A stretch of 64,000 nt of DNA from Planctomycetota bacterium (lineage in GTDB: Bacteria; Planctomycetota; PLA2). The notes under the pieces are model-generated. The model did no database searches, was not told the DNA's origin, and worked only from the letters and a program-made list of their open reading frames with translations. Made by a program: the position numbers and the translations under genes. The stretch lies in NCBI GenBank assembly GCA_027297745.1, contig JAPUHK010000024.1, positions 994-64,993 on the forward strand. Reading direction: 5' to 3'. Every line of letters starts with the position of its first letter. The stretch's first letter is position 1. Positions 39,921 to 49,078 of the stretch are shown piece after piece.

Positions 39921-40823
39921 CTAGAGCTTCCTTACGGCCCGCACCAGAGCCGCGGCGGTCGCCGCTGGGAGCGGTCGCGTGCGCCAGTCGGGTTCTCCCG
40001 CCCACGAGCCCAAGATCTTGTAGGCGCAGCCGTAGGGCTGTGTGGGGCCGAGGCCGCATGCCAGGTCGAACCAGAGCACGCCGCGGCGCTCGCCGCCGCC
40101 CATGTCCCTGAAGTGTTGGCCCGCGTCTTCGTCGTGCAGGCGCACAAGCCCGGGGCGCTCCCGCAAGAACTCCCCGATGTGCCAGCGCAAGGGACCGTAG
40201 GACACGTCGTGCTGCATCTCGAGGCTCGCCTCTACGAGACGCAGGATGCCGCCCTGCGTCTGGTAGGTCTTGCGCCACTCGAACAGATGTGCGGGCGAGT
40301 CGGCCAGGCGCCGGGCGTCCTTGCCGTCGATAAGCGGATCGCCGGCATCGTAGAAGCTGGCCTCGATGGTAAAGCAGCGTCCGGGCAACGCCGGACGCGG
40401 GTAGTGCTTGACCAGAACGCGCAGCGGCCGCGTCTCCGCGGCACCGCGGGCGGCAGCCTGCACGGTCCGCCAGCCGTCAACGATGCGACCGGTCGTGTCC
40501 TTGACGAACAGGTCGTCCGTTTGCGCCGGCAACCCGAGCGCACCCAGCGCCTCCACGAAGGCCGCCGCCTGGCCGGCCCCCGGACGCACGACCAGCTCCG
40601 GCGGGCAGCTTGCAGGCACGCGTTCGTGCTCGCGCGTGGACAGTAGGAGCGGCGTCATGCGCCGTACGGGCACGACACCCCTGCGGTAGGTGCCCAGGTA
40701 GTAGGAGTCCGGGTCCACCGGGGGCGGCTCGGGCCCCGTGGCCGGGCCGAGCGGCTGGCCTACGACGGCGCCGCTGATCCCACCGAAGAGAGCCGCGAAG
40801 GCCAGTACCGCCGCTGTGCGCAC
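39921..40823 (-). CDS. Secreted hypothetical protein.
   Basis: Signal peptide MRTAAVLAFAALFGGISGAVVG. 300 aa. No recognised family. Confidence 0.55.
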   Translation of the reverse strand: MRTAAVLAFAALFGGISGAVVGQPLGPATGPEPPPVDPDSYYLGTYRRGVVPVRRMTPLLLSTREHERVPASCPPELVVRPGAGQAAAFVEALGALGLPAQTDDLFVKDTTGRIVDGWRTVQAAARGAAETRPLRVLVKHYPRPALPGRCFTIEASFYDAGDPLIDGKDARRLADSPAHLFEWRKTYQTQGGILRLVEASLEMQHDVSYGPLRWHIGEFLRERPGLVRLHDEDAGQHFRDMGGGERRGVLWFDLACGLGPTQPYGCAYKILGSWAGEPDWRTRPLPAATAAALVRAVRKL

Positions 40824-40858
40824 GCCTGGAAGACGTACGAGACGCGCCGGGAGTTCCG

Positions 40859-41434
40859 CTAGGCGCTAACCGACTCTTCGGGGGCCTCGACCACTTCGGG
40901 CTCGTCCGACGTCTTGGCAGGCTCGTCGCGCAGCAGGCGCTGCACCAGCTCGCGCGCCGCGGACACGTCCGGCTCCTGCAGGCAGCGGTCGAGATCTTGG
41001 AGCAGTTCCTGCCGGTCGCGCATGCTCTGCGCGAGGGTGTTTACTTCGGTCGCCATCGTCTTCAGGTAGTCGCGCTTGCGCAGCGAGAGCCGCTGGTCGA
41101 GGTTGCCGGTGTTGATGCCCTTGAGCGCGCGCTCGATGACGAAAGCCGGGCCCGCCACGCGGTGGCTGACCAGGATGATCACGGTGAACAGGATGCAGGC
41201 CGCCAGCACGAAGTAGATCAGGTTGGCGCGCAGCATCACCTCGCGCGTCTCCTGCGCGTTGAGCTGCTCGATGGTGCCCTGGCCCGGCAGCAGGAACAGT
41301 GCTGCGAGATACAGCCCCGCCACGCCGAGCAGCACGGCCAACATGTAGAAGGCCATCGTCAACTGCATGCGGTTGTTGACGAGGTATGAGAGCCGGCGGA
41401 AAGACCGGCGTTCCTTCGGCTTGGATTCCGACAC
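40859..41434 (-). CDS. Small membrane protein with two TM helices and a HAMP-like linker.
   Basis: Two TM helices (AFYMLAVLLGVAGLYLAALFLL, LIYFVLAACILFTVIILV). An amphipathic HAMP-like helix follows (AGPAFVIERALKGINTGNLDQRL). Confidence 0.55.
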   Translation of the reverse strand: MSESKPKERRSFRRLSYLVNNRMQLTMAFYMLAVLLGVAGLYLAALFLLPGQGTIEQLNAQETREVMLRANLIYFVLAACILFTVIILVSHRVAGPAFVIERALKGINTGNLDQRLSLRKRDYLKTMATEVNTLAQSMRDRQELLQDLDRCLQEPDVSAARELVQRLLRDEPAKTSDEPEVVEAPEESVSA

Positions 41435-41623
41435 GTACGCACCTCCTGGCCCGAGCGGGGCTACCCATGGCCCATCGACCAGATGGGGCGCCCAGCCTTA
41501 GCCCGCTGCAACGCCCCGAATCTCGGGCCTGGGGCCGCTCCGGAGCGTCCCCGGCGCGCGCCGTAAACCGCTCGACGTGCCCTGCTCGTGCGGGATTTGA
41601 GGTAGATACGGAGCACCAGGAGG

Positions 41624-42979
41624 GTGCCCATGAGCTACGACGTGATCGTTTTCGGGGCCGGCAACGCAAACGACGTGGTGCGCATGGCCGGGAAGGCGGG
41701 CCTGCGGGTGGCTGTGGTGGAGAAGGGGCCGCTCGGCGGCACCTGCGCCAACCGCGGCTGCATCCCCTCGAAGCTGATGATCGCGTACGCGGATCGCGCC
41801 GGCCAGGTGCGCTCTGCGGGCCGCTTCCACATAGAGGCGGAGCTGCGTTCGATCGACGGCGGCAAGATCATCGAGGAGACCTTCGGCTACACGCGCCGCT
41901 TCGACAAGCTGGTGGAGGACGGCTATCCGGAAGGCGTCGAAGTGCACCGCGGACACGGGACCTTCGTCGACAACCACACGGTCGCCGTCAACGGCACGGA
42001 GCTGCGCGGCGACAAGATCGTGCTGGCGACGGGCTCGCGCCCGCGCCGGCCCGACATCCCCGGGCTGCAGGGCACGCCGTACTGGACCAGCGACGAGGTG
42101 TTCGAGATGGAGCGCCTGCCGGCCTCGCTCACGATCGTCGGCGGCGGCTACATCGGCTGTGAGCTGAGCCACTTCTTCAACGGTGTGGGCGTCGAGACGA
42201 CCCTCCTGGTGCGCACCGAGCACCTCCTGGGCCGCGAGGACGAGGAGGCCTGCGCCGTCATGCAGAAGGGCTTCACAGAGCGCGTCCCGACACGCTTCAA
42301 CGTGTTCGTGGAGGCCGTGGCCCACGAAGACGGGAGCTTCCTGCTGACGCTCAGCGACGGGAGCGAGCACACCTCCGAGGCGCTGTTGTTCGCCATCGGC
42401 CGCATCCCCAACAGCGACCAGATCGCCATCGAGAACACGGACTTGAAGCCGAACGCGCATGGCTACGTCGAGTCCGACGACCACCTGCGCACATCGGTGC
42501 CGCACATCTATTCGCTGGGCGACGTGGCAGGGCGCTACTTCTTCACGCACACGTCCAGTTTCGAGGCGGCCTACCTCGGCCGGCAGATCGTCGAGGGGCT
42601 CGACGAGCCGATCGACTACGGGCCTGTAGGGCATGCAATCTTCACGTCGCCGGAGATCGCCGGCGTGGGGGCGACCGAGCAAGAGCTGAAGGAGCGCGGG
42701 GAGGACTACGTGGCGGCATCCGTGCCCTACTCGTCCTACACGAAGGGGCGCGCGCTCAAGGAAGAGCATGGGCTGTTCAAGCTCATCCTCGACCGCGAGG
42801 GCAAGATCCTCGGCTGCCACGTCGTCGGGCACGAGGCGTCGGTGCTTCTGCACGAGGTCTTGCCCGTGATGAAATGGCGCAACCACGTCAGCTCGATCAC
42901 GGACGTGATCCACGTGCACCCGTCGCTGCCGGAGATCGTGCGCGGCGCCGCGGGCAAGGCCGCGGCGCTGCTGAAGTAA
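41624..42979 (+). CDS. Class I pyridine nucleotide-disulfide oxidoreductase (Lpd/Gor/MerA-like flavoprotein disulfide reductase).
   Basis: FAD motif VIVFGAGNAN. Redox-active GGTCANRGCIPSK. NAD(P) Rossmann IVGGGYIGCE. C-terminal dimerisation His-Pro motif HVHPSLPE. Confidence 0.85.
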   Translation: MPMSYDVIVFGAGNANDVVRMAGKAGLRVAVVEKGPLGGTCANRGCIPSKLMIAYADRAGQVRSAGRFHIEAELRSIDGGKIIEETFGYTRRFDKLVEDGYPEGVEVHRGHGTFVDNHTVAVNGTELRGDKIVLATGSRPRRPDIPGLQGTPYWTSDEVFEMERLPASLTIVGGGYIGCELSHFFNGVGVETTLLVRTEHLLGREDEEACAVMQKGFTERVPTRFNVFVEAVAHEDGSFLLTLSDGSEHTSEALLFAIGRIPNSDQIAIENTDLKPNAHGYVESDDHLRTSVPHIYSLGDVAGRYFFTHTSSFEAAYLGRQIVEGLDEPIDYGPVGHAIFTSPEIAGVGATEQELKERGEDYVAASVPYSSYTKGRALKEEHGLFKLILDREGKILGCHVVGHEASVLLHEVLPVMKWRNHVSSITDVIHVHPSLPEIVRGAAGKAAALLK

Positions 42980-43038
42980 CTGTTACCCGATGTAACGGCC
43001 GCAACACGTTTAGCAGAACGGACTTGGGGATCGAGGCT

Positions 43039-43101
43039 TGCGGCATGCGTGCCGCATCGCTGACAACGCTACGAACAAGGATCTGCGGCAGCCGTGCCGC
43101 A
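43039..43101. promoter_or_regulatory. Two tandem TGCGGCA-N4-TGCCGCA palindromes, flanked by two copies of the 11-mer palindrome GTAACTGTTAC; candidate operator sites.
   Basis: Seen directly. The palindromes are at 43039-43056 and 43084-43101. The 11-mer copies are at 42976-42986 and 43154-43164. All lie between the disulfide-reductase gene and the hypothetical/DUF488/radical-SAM operon. Confidence 0.4.
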
Positions 43102-43167
43102 TGCTGGTAGTCGTAATCTCTACGTGTGAAGGACATTGCGACTGTTAGAAGCGGTAACTGTTACTTC

Positions 43168-43473
43168 ATGGACGGTGACTTCATGGACGGTGCTCAGGCC
43201 AGGCTCGCCGCGTTGCGCGTGATGCAGGACGTGCTGGACGGGAGCGTACGGCGGGTGGGGGAGCTGCGCCGGGCGTGGCCGCCGGCCGAAGCTGATTTCC
43301 TGCTGAAGCGGGCGCGCCAGGAGGCGGAGCACTACCTGGTCACGGGCGGGGAGCTCGAGCGCCGTTTCGTGGCCATGCTGCGCTCGTTTCTGGAACGCGG
43401 CGGCACGGCCGGGGAGCTCGAGCAGGCCTACGATGAGGTGATCCGAGTCCACAACGAGGAGACGGGTGACTAG
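43168..43473 (+). CDS. Hypothetical protein.
   Basis: About 100 aa. The start is ambiguous (ATGs at 43126, 43168 and 43183). The 3' end overlaps the DUF488 start by 8 nt. No family recognised. Confidence 0.4.
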   Translation: MDGDFMDGAQARLAALRVMQDVLDGSVRRVGELRRAWPPAEADFLLKRARQEAEHYLVTGGELERRFVAMLRSFLERGGTAGELEQAYDEVIRVHNEETGD

Positions 43474-44011
43474 CCCGAAGCTCTTCACCGTCGGCCACAG
43501 CAACCGCACGGCGCCGGATCTCGTGCGGCTGCTGCTTGCGCACGGCATCCGCACCGTGTGCGACGTGCGCGCCTTTCCGAAGTCGAGCCGCTGGCCGCAT
43601 TTCGACCGCGAGGCGCTGGAGCCTGTGTTGCAGGACGCCGGGATCGAGTACGTCTGGCTCGGCGAGCCGCTCGGCGGCTACCGCAAGGGCAAACGCACGG
43701 ACTCGGTGCACACGGCGCTGGACAGCTTCCGCAGCTACGCGGATCACATGGAGAGCGACGAGTTCCGTGCAGGGATCGCGCGCTTGCTAGCGCTCGCGTG
43801 CGAGACGCCGACGGCCTACCTGTGCGCCGAGAAGGACTGGCGCCGCTGCCACCGGCGCCTGATCTCAGACCACCTCGTGGAGCTCGAGGGCGCCGCAGTG
43901 GTCCACCTGCTGGCAGCGGACGCCTGTGAGGCCCACGCGCTGGACCCGCGTGCCCGCGTCGTGGCGGGGCGCCTGGTGTACGACCGGGGCGCGCAGGCCG
44001 AGCTCTTCTGA
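43466..44011 (+). CDS. DUF488-family protein.
   Basis: LFTVGHSNRT ... CAEKDWRRCHRRLI is characteristic of DUF488. GTG start. Confidence 0.7.
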   Translation: MTSPKLFTVGHSNRTAPDLVRLLLAHGIRTVCDVRAFPKSSRWPHFDREALEPVLQDAGIEYVWLGEPLGGYRKGKRTDSVHTALDSFRSYADHMESDEFRAGIARLLALACETPTAYLCAEKDWRRCHRRLISDHLVELEGAAVVHLLAADACEAHALDPRARVVAGRLVYDRGAQAELF

Positions 44012-44051
44012 CGCCGCGCTGTCCCGGGCTTCTGTTAGGCTTTTGTTAGGT

Positions 44052-45077
44052 ATGCTGACAAGGGTCGAGAACCCGCCGAACCCGTGGCACTCCCAGCACC
44101 AGGAGTGGGTTGGACCGCCGCCGCCTGCACGCCTGCAGGTCTACGAAGAGAGGGCCAGGTCGATCGTGGTTGAGAACCGGAGCCCAGACGTGGGCTTCGG
44201 TTTCTCCATCAACCCCTACAGGGGGTGTTTTCACGGGTGCTCCTACTGCTACGCGAGGCCCACGCACCAGTACCTCGACTTCGGCGCGGGCACGGACTTC
44301 GAGCGCAAGATCGTCGTGAAGGTCAACGCGCCGGAGCTTCTGCGCGAGCGCTTTCTCAAGCCTTCGTGGCGGGGCGATCTGATCGCACTTTCGGGCAACA
44401 CCGATTGCTATCAGCCGCTCGAAGCCACCTACGGGATCACCCGCCGCATCCTCGAGGTCTGCGCGGAGTTCCGCAATCCAGTGGCCGTGATCACGAAGGC
44501 GGCGCTGATCCGGCGCGACGTCGACGTGCTTTGCGAGCTGGCGCGCCGGGCGCAGCTGTCGGTCTCTTTCAGCATCCCGTTCGTCGACGAATGGATGGCG
44601 CGGCAGATCGAGCCTTACGCGCCGTCCCCGGACATGCGCTTTGGGGCCATGCGCGTGCTGGCCGAGGCCGGGATTCCGGTCGGCGTGGCCGTGGCTCCGC
44701 TGATCCCCGGACTGAACGACAGCCAGGTGACCGCGATCCTGGAGCGGGCGCGCGATTGCGGCGCGCGCAGCGCGTTCAAGATCCTGCTGCGCCTCCCCGC
44801 GGAGGTGAAGGACGTGTTCATCCCCCGCCTGCGGCGCTCCTACCCGGGGCGTTCGAAGCGTGTGCTGAACGCGCTCAAGGAGATGCGCGGCGGCGCCCTG
44901 TACACCGCGCAGTTCGGCAGCCGCATGCGCGGCCGCGGACACCGCTGGAAGGCGCTCGAGGACCTGTTCGAGGTCACCTGCCGACGGCTCGGGCTCAACG
45001 CGCGCCGCACGGAGGAAGAGCCGACGACCTTCCGCCGGCCGTGCACGCAGCTCTCGTTGCTCGACCCTACGCCGTGA
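44052..45077 (+). CDS. Radical SAM protein (SPL / DNA-photolyase-like radical SAM family).
   Basis: CFHGCSYCYA (CxxxCxxC) near the N-terminus. About 340 aa. Start taken at the internal Met MLTRVENPP. Confidence 0.75.
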   Translation: MLTRVENPPNPWHSQHQEWVGPPPPARLQVYEERARSIVVENRSPDVGFGFSINPYRGCFHGCSYCYARPTHQYLDFGAGTDFERKIVVKVNAPELLRERFLKPSWRGDLIALSGNTDCYQPLEATYGITRRILEVCAEFRNPVAVITKAALIRRDVDVLCELARRAQLSVSFSIPFVDEWMARQIEPYAPSPDMRFGAMRVLAEAGIPVGVAVAPLIPGLNDSQVTAILERARDCGARSAFKILLRLPAEVKDVFIPRLRRSYPGRSKRVLNALKEMRGGALYTAQFGSRMRGRGHRWKALEDLFEVTCRRLGLNARRTEEEPTTFRRPCTQLSLLDPTP

Positions 45078-45635
45078 AGATGCCCGGCGGGGCGTCCAGG
45101 TGTCCGCCGCTCGCGCCCGTGGCGACCACCTCCGCCGACAACTGGCCGCAGCCCATACCCTCCCGCTTGCCGGCGCTGTAGCGGGTCTTGACGGGGCAGC
45201 GCAACGCGCGCAGCCGTGTCGTGAACCGCTTCACCTCGTCCCACGACGGGGGCCGGAAGGCGCTGTCCGTGTCGTTGTAGGGGATCACGTTGAGGATGTA
45301 GCGCGAAGGCGCAGCCGAACGCGCAGCCCGCCTGCGACGACAGGCAGAGCGTGACCGCCCGCGCGTTCCGGATCAGGACGGTCTCGACGATCTCGCCGGG
45401 AGCGGTGCGGAAGAGCAGCTTGCGCGTGCCGTCCTCGGCCCGGCGTACGGCAACGGTCTCGAGCAGCGGTCCGAAACGCGCGCGGTCCCGCAGCCGCAGC
45501 CCGCGGTCGAGCCCGTCCCAATCTAGCGCCCCTCTTGTGCACGGCGAGCGCGATGCGGCGTGCGACTTCGTCGGCCACGCCGAGCGTCTCCGCGAGTGCG
45601 GGGATGGGGACGTCACGCAGGTGCGGCCTGTGCAC
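45067..45635 (-). pseudogene. rlmN: Decayed remnant of rlmN (23S rRNA m2A2503 / tRNA methyltransferase, radical SAM), with about 600 nt deleted internally and frameshifts.
   Basis: Three frames each carry a recognisable RlmN segment. N-terminus: LRDVPIPALAETLGVADEVARRIALAVHKRGA. Cluster region: VETVLIRNARAVTLCLSSQAGCAFGCAF. C-terminus: IPYNDTDSAFRPPSWDEVKRFTTRLRALRCPVKTRYSAGKREGMGCGQLS. The radical-SAM core between the CxxxCxxC motif and the C-terminal domain is missing. Only about 20 nt separate the two segments. Confidence 0.7.
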
Positions 45636-45673
45636 GGGGGCACGAGCCTACCAGTCTCATCCCGCCTTGGACG

Positions 45674-46318
45674 CTACGCGCGCACGGTGCGCACCGCGCG
45701 CTTCGCTCCCCACGGCTGCGGCACCCAGCCCGAAGCCGTGATCCAGCAGAACGTGAGCGCAGCGGAGATGCCTACCGTGTAGACGGCCGCCGTGGCCAGG
45801 AGGCGGCTCTGCAGCGCCGCAGCCAACAGGCCGACGGTGCTGAGCAGCGTCACCGCGTACATGGCGAGCATGACCAGCGACGCGAAGATGCCGCCGAGCA
45901 CCGCCGTCACGCAGCGCCTCTGCTGAGGGGAGAAGTCGAGCGGGCCCGTGAGCGTGATGGTCACGACGCAGGCAAGCGCCAGGCCCATCAGCAGAGCCGC
46001 GTAGCCGATCAGGTGCGGCACGGCGAAGCCGGCCAGCAGCGTCACGCCCGCCATGCGCCAGGCCACCCAGCCGACGCGGGCACAGCTCTCCGCCAGTTGG
46101 GGCCGGGGACAGACGCCTGAGCTCAGGGGCCTGAGCGGCATGTGCTGCGCGATGCCGTTGATCAGCTCGCGGAAGCAGGCCGCCTCGATGCGGATGCGGG
46201 AAAGGCCCTGCTCCCGCAAGGCGCGCCGTGTCTCCAGCAGGTCCTCCCGGAACTGGGGCCGGATATCGCCCGGCACCGCGCACGAGAGGAGCTTCACCCA
46301 TACCTGTGCGTGCGACAT
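45674..46318 (-). CDS. Membrane protein with a cytoplasmic N-terminal domain and four or five TM helices.
   Basis: MSHAQVWVKLLSCAVPGDIRPQFREDLLETRRAL is followed by hydrophobic helices. No family recognised. Confidence 0.5.
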   Translation of the reverse strand: MSHAQVWVKLLSCAVPGDIRPQFREDLLETRRALREQGLSRIRIEAACFRELINGIAQHMPLRPLSSGVCPRPQLAESCARVGWVAWRMAGVTLLAGFAVPHLIGYAALLMGLALACVVTITLTGPLDFSPQQRRCVTAVLGGIFASLVMLAMYAVTLLSTVGLLAAALQSRLLATAAVYTVGISAALTFCWITASGWVPQPWGAKRAVRTVRA

Positions 46319-46528
46319 TGGTGGTTGAACCTCCGTGTTGCACCTTGGCACGAAACCGTGCAGGGGCAAACCGGTTTACAGGGATGAAGCCTCTCTGTGG
46401 CCCGGATGTCCTCCAACGACACAGCTCCGGCCCGATTCGATACAGAAGGGACCTGGACCGATACACCGGAGCGGGACCCGGGCCTGGTCTACAATCACAG
46501 CGCCCGAAAACCCCGATCGGAGCCCGCC

Positions 46529-48169
46529 ATGTACCAAAACCGCATCCGCCCCCGGCACGGCGTAGGCCTCACGCTGCTGTGCCTCGCGCTCCTCGCCGCG
46601 CCCGTCTGGGCAACCTGTGGCGGCGGCGGCGGCGGCGGCCGCGGCGGCGCCGGGCAGGCCTACAAGACGAACTGGATGACCAGCTGGAAAAAGACGCTGT
46701 CGGACGCGGAGCTCAAGGAACAGGGCGTCCTGTTGTACTTCCAGCCCCGCAGCTCGTCGGAGCACCGCTTCTTCAAGACGAAGTGGCCCAACGACGTCTC
46801 CAAGGAGCGTTTCTTCTACAAGGTCCGCGGCACGAGCGAAGAGGCCGAGAAGATGCGCGCACAATACCGCGTGGAAGGGAAGAAGCACCACGTCTTCATC
46901 TGCGACTGGCACGGCAACGTGTTCAAGTCCTTCGCGACCACCGACCGCGCCAAGTTCCGGAGCGGCGCCCTGAAGGGTCCCCTGTACGGCATACAGCGCT
47001 CGGTCAAGCGCTTGCGCAAGAAGATCGCGCAGAACACCGCGAAGGCTGAAAAGGCCCTCGAAAGGAAATCGTACCCCACGGCCATCAAGGCGCTGAAGTC
47101 CGCGCAGGAGTACACGGGCTATCCCGAGGTCGAGCAGTCCAAGAAGCTGTGGCAGCAGTTGGAGAAGGAGGGCCTGAGCCAGTTGGAAGCCGCCCTGCAA
47201 CTCGAGAATCCCGAGCGCCGCAAGAAGCTCAACGCGCTCAAGCGGACCTTCAAGCGGACGGGCGTCGAGAAGGCGGCGGCCAAGGCGCTGGCCAAGGAGA
47301 ACGGCAAGCGCGAAGCCTCCGTGCCGGCGGAGCGCGCGCATGACGACGCCACGATGAAGGCGCCGTCGCTGGCGGAGCGCATCTGCGCCGAGCTGTTTGT
47401 GGACGACGGCTCCACCACGATCGCGGAGCTCGTCGACGCGGCCGTCCAGGAGGGCCTGCGGCACGAGAACGCGGCTCGCTACGAGGACGCGCTGCGCGCC
47501 TACGAGCGTGCCGTGCGGCTCGATCCCAAGGACCCCGTCCCGCTCGTCTACCTCGGTGAGCTGCACCGGCATCACATGGGGCGCTGGGATGACGCCGAGC
47601 GGGCCTTCCGCCGCGTGCTGGAGCTCGACGGTCAGGACCACGCGGTCGCCGTCGCGCTGCACGGCATCGGCAAGATGACCATCTGGCGCGGCGACAACGA
47701 AGCCGGCCTGAAGCTGCTAGCGGGCTCCATCGAGCGTTCGCCGACGGCGTTGTGCTACCGCAACCTGGCCGTCTACTGGAACACCGAGGGCGACGCCGGG
47801 AAGGCCTTCGCCTACGCCACCAAGGCCTACGAGCTCGAGCCGCGTGACTCCTACAACCAGGTCTTCTACTCCGTGTACCTGCTCCTGAACGGGCGTGGGG
47901 AGCAGGCGCAGCGCCTCATGGCCGCCGCCGAGTTCGATCCGTCCATGTCGTACAACTACGCCTGCTATCACGCTGTGCGCGGGGATCGCGACCAGGTGTT
48001 GGCGTACCTGAAGCGCCACTTCTACGAGTACGAGAAGTACGCCGCGGTACGTTCCTTCGAGATGGCGGAGGCGCGCATGGACAGCTTCTTCGCGCGCTGG
48101 TTGGAGGATCCGGAGTTCAAGCAGGTCACGAAGCTTGCCGGCAAGACGCCCTGGCTGCGCGAGGGCTAG
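46529..48169 (+). CDS. Secreted TPR-repeat protein with a thioredoxin-fold-like N-terminal domain.
   Basis: Signal peptide MYQNRIRPRHGVGLTLLCLALLAAPVWA, then a Gly run. TPR-like repeats in the C-terminal half (YEDALRAYERAVRLDPKDPVPLVYLGELH...). Confidence 0.65.
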   Translation: MYQNRIRPRHGVGLTLLCLALLAAPVWATCGGGGGGGRGGAGQAYKTNWMTSWKKTLSDAELKEQGVLLYFQPRSSSEHRFFKTKWPNDVSKERFFYKVRGTSEEAEKMRAQYRVEGKKHHVFICDWHGNVFKSFATTDRAKFRSGALKGPLYGIQRSVKRLRKKIAQNTAKAEKALERKSYPTAIKALKSAQEYTGYPEVEQSKKLWQQLEKEGLSQLEAALQLENPERRKKLNALKRTFKRTGVEKAAAKALAKENGKREASVPAERAHDDATMKAPSLAERICAELFVDDGSTTIAELVDAAVQEGLRHENAARYEDALRAYERAVRLDPKDPVPLVYLGELHRHHMGRWDDAERAFRRVLELDGQDHAVAVALHGIGKMTIWRGDNEAGLKLLAGSIERSPTALCYRNLAVYWNTEGDAGKAFAYATKAYELEPRDSYNQVFYSVYLLLNGRGEQAQRLMAAAEFDPSMSYNYACYHAVRGDRDQVLAYLKRHFYEYEKYAAVRSFEMAEARMDSFFARWLEDPEFKQVTKLAGKTPWLREG

Positions 48170-48185
48170 CGTTTTCAGATAGACC

Positions 48186-48725
48186 CTAAGCGCCCGGCCG
48201 TGCGCGCATCGACGCGTTGAACGCCTTGCTGCCGCCGGGCGGGATGCTGAGGAAGCGCCAAGCGGGTCCCGCGAACGTGCGCGCGATGAGCAGGATCTGT
48301 CCCGTGTGGTAGCCGTAGTGGCCGACCTGGCGCACGAGCGCGCGCGAGACGGTCACCGGCTGCGTGCGGATCGTCACCGTGGCCTCCAGGTCGGCCTCGC
48401 GCAGGCCGCGCAGCGTCTCGAACAGCGTCTCCCAGGCCTCCTCCCAACGCCCCATGAGCTCGTCGCGGCCGGCGAGGTCGTTGATGAACTCCTGCTCCCG
48501 GTTGCGCCAGGGCTTCTCGCCGTCGCTGGTGAGGAAGTCGGTCCAGCGCGAGCGCAGATTACCGGCCATGTGCTTCATGATCACGGCGATGGAGTTCAGG
48601 CCGCCTGCGGGCGCCTCCTGCATGTGCTGCCAGCTGATCTGGCCGATCGCGTCTTCGGCGATCTTCTTGTAGTAGCGGAACTCGGCTTCCACGGCGTCGA
48701 GGAGCTTGTCTTTCAACGGGTTCAC
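48186..48725 (-). CDS. DinB/YfiT-like (DUF1572-type) four-helix-bundle protein.
   Basis: 179 aa. H-x-H pattern (MKHMAGNLRSRW..., GHYGYHTGQI) typical of DinB_2. Confidence 0.6.
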   Translation of the reverse strand: MNPLKDKLLDAVEAEFRYYKKIAEDAIGQISWQHMQEAPAGGLNSIAVIMKHMAGNLRSRWTDFLTSDGEKPWRNREQEFINDLAGRDELMGRWEEAWETLFETLRGLREADLEATVTIRTQPVTVSRALVRQVGHYGYHTGQILLIARTFAGPAWRFLSIPPGGSKAFNASMRARPGA

Positions 48726-49066
48726 GGACCCACCTTATCCTCCGCGGCGGCGGCGTGGCTCAACACAGGGTCTTGGTCTTGGGTACCTTGGCCCGCACGA
48801 GGTCGTCGAGCCGCGCGCGCTGCTCGCCGACGCCCGCACCGGTACTGTTGCGGCGTAAGGAACAGCAGTACGCCCTCAGGCGCGATGACTGCCTTGCAGA
48901 ATGCGTTCCAGCCCATCTCCGAGCTGGCCATGCCGACCGTCGCGGCCTTCAGGCCGTCTTCGCGCATGACCATTTCGACTTCGTGCCGCGCGTCGCCCTT
49001 GTGGGCGCGGACGAACTCCTCCGTGGTCCACTGGTAGCGGATGTGGATGGGCGCCTCGTCGTTCAT
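48722..49066 (-). CDS. Small hypothetical protein; possible frameshift in the 3' third.
   Basis: The N-terminal 70 aa look protein-like. The C-terminal tail (RCGRRRAARAARRPRAGQG) looks like out-of-frame translation. An alternative frame gives GAGVGEQRARLDDLVRAKVPKTKTLC*. Confidence 0.35.
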   Translation of the reverse strand: MNDEAPIHIRYQWTTEEFVRAHKGDARHEVEMVMREDGLKAATVGMASSEMGWNAFCKAVIAPEGVLLFLTPQQYRCGRRRAARAARRPRAGQGTQDQDPVLSHAAAAEDKVGP

Positions 49067-49078
49067 GGCGCGGGCACC

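Noticed and set aside
43126-43167. Upstream ATG at 43126 as the start of the hypothetical gene
   Set aside because: This start would place the GTAACTGTTAC palindrome and the tandem TTCATGGACGGTG repeat inside the coding region. The start at 43168 is as plausible; it is left unresolved.
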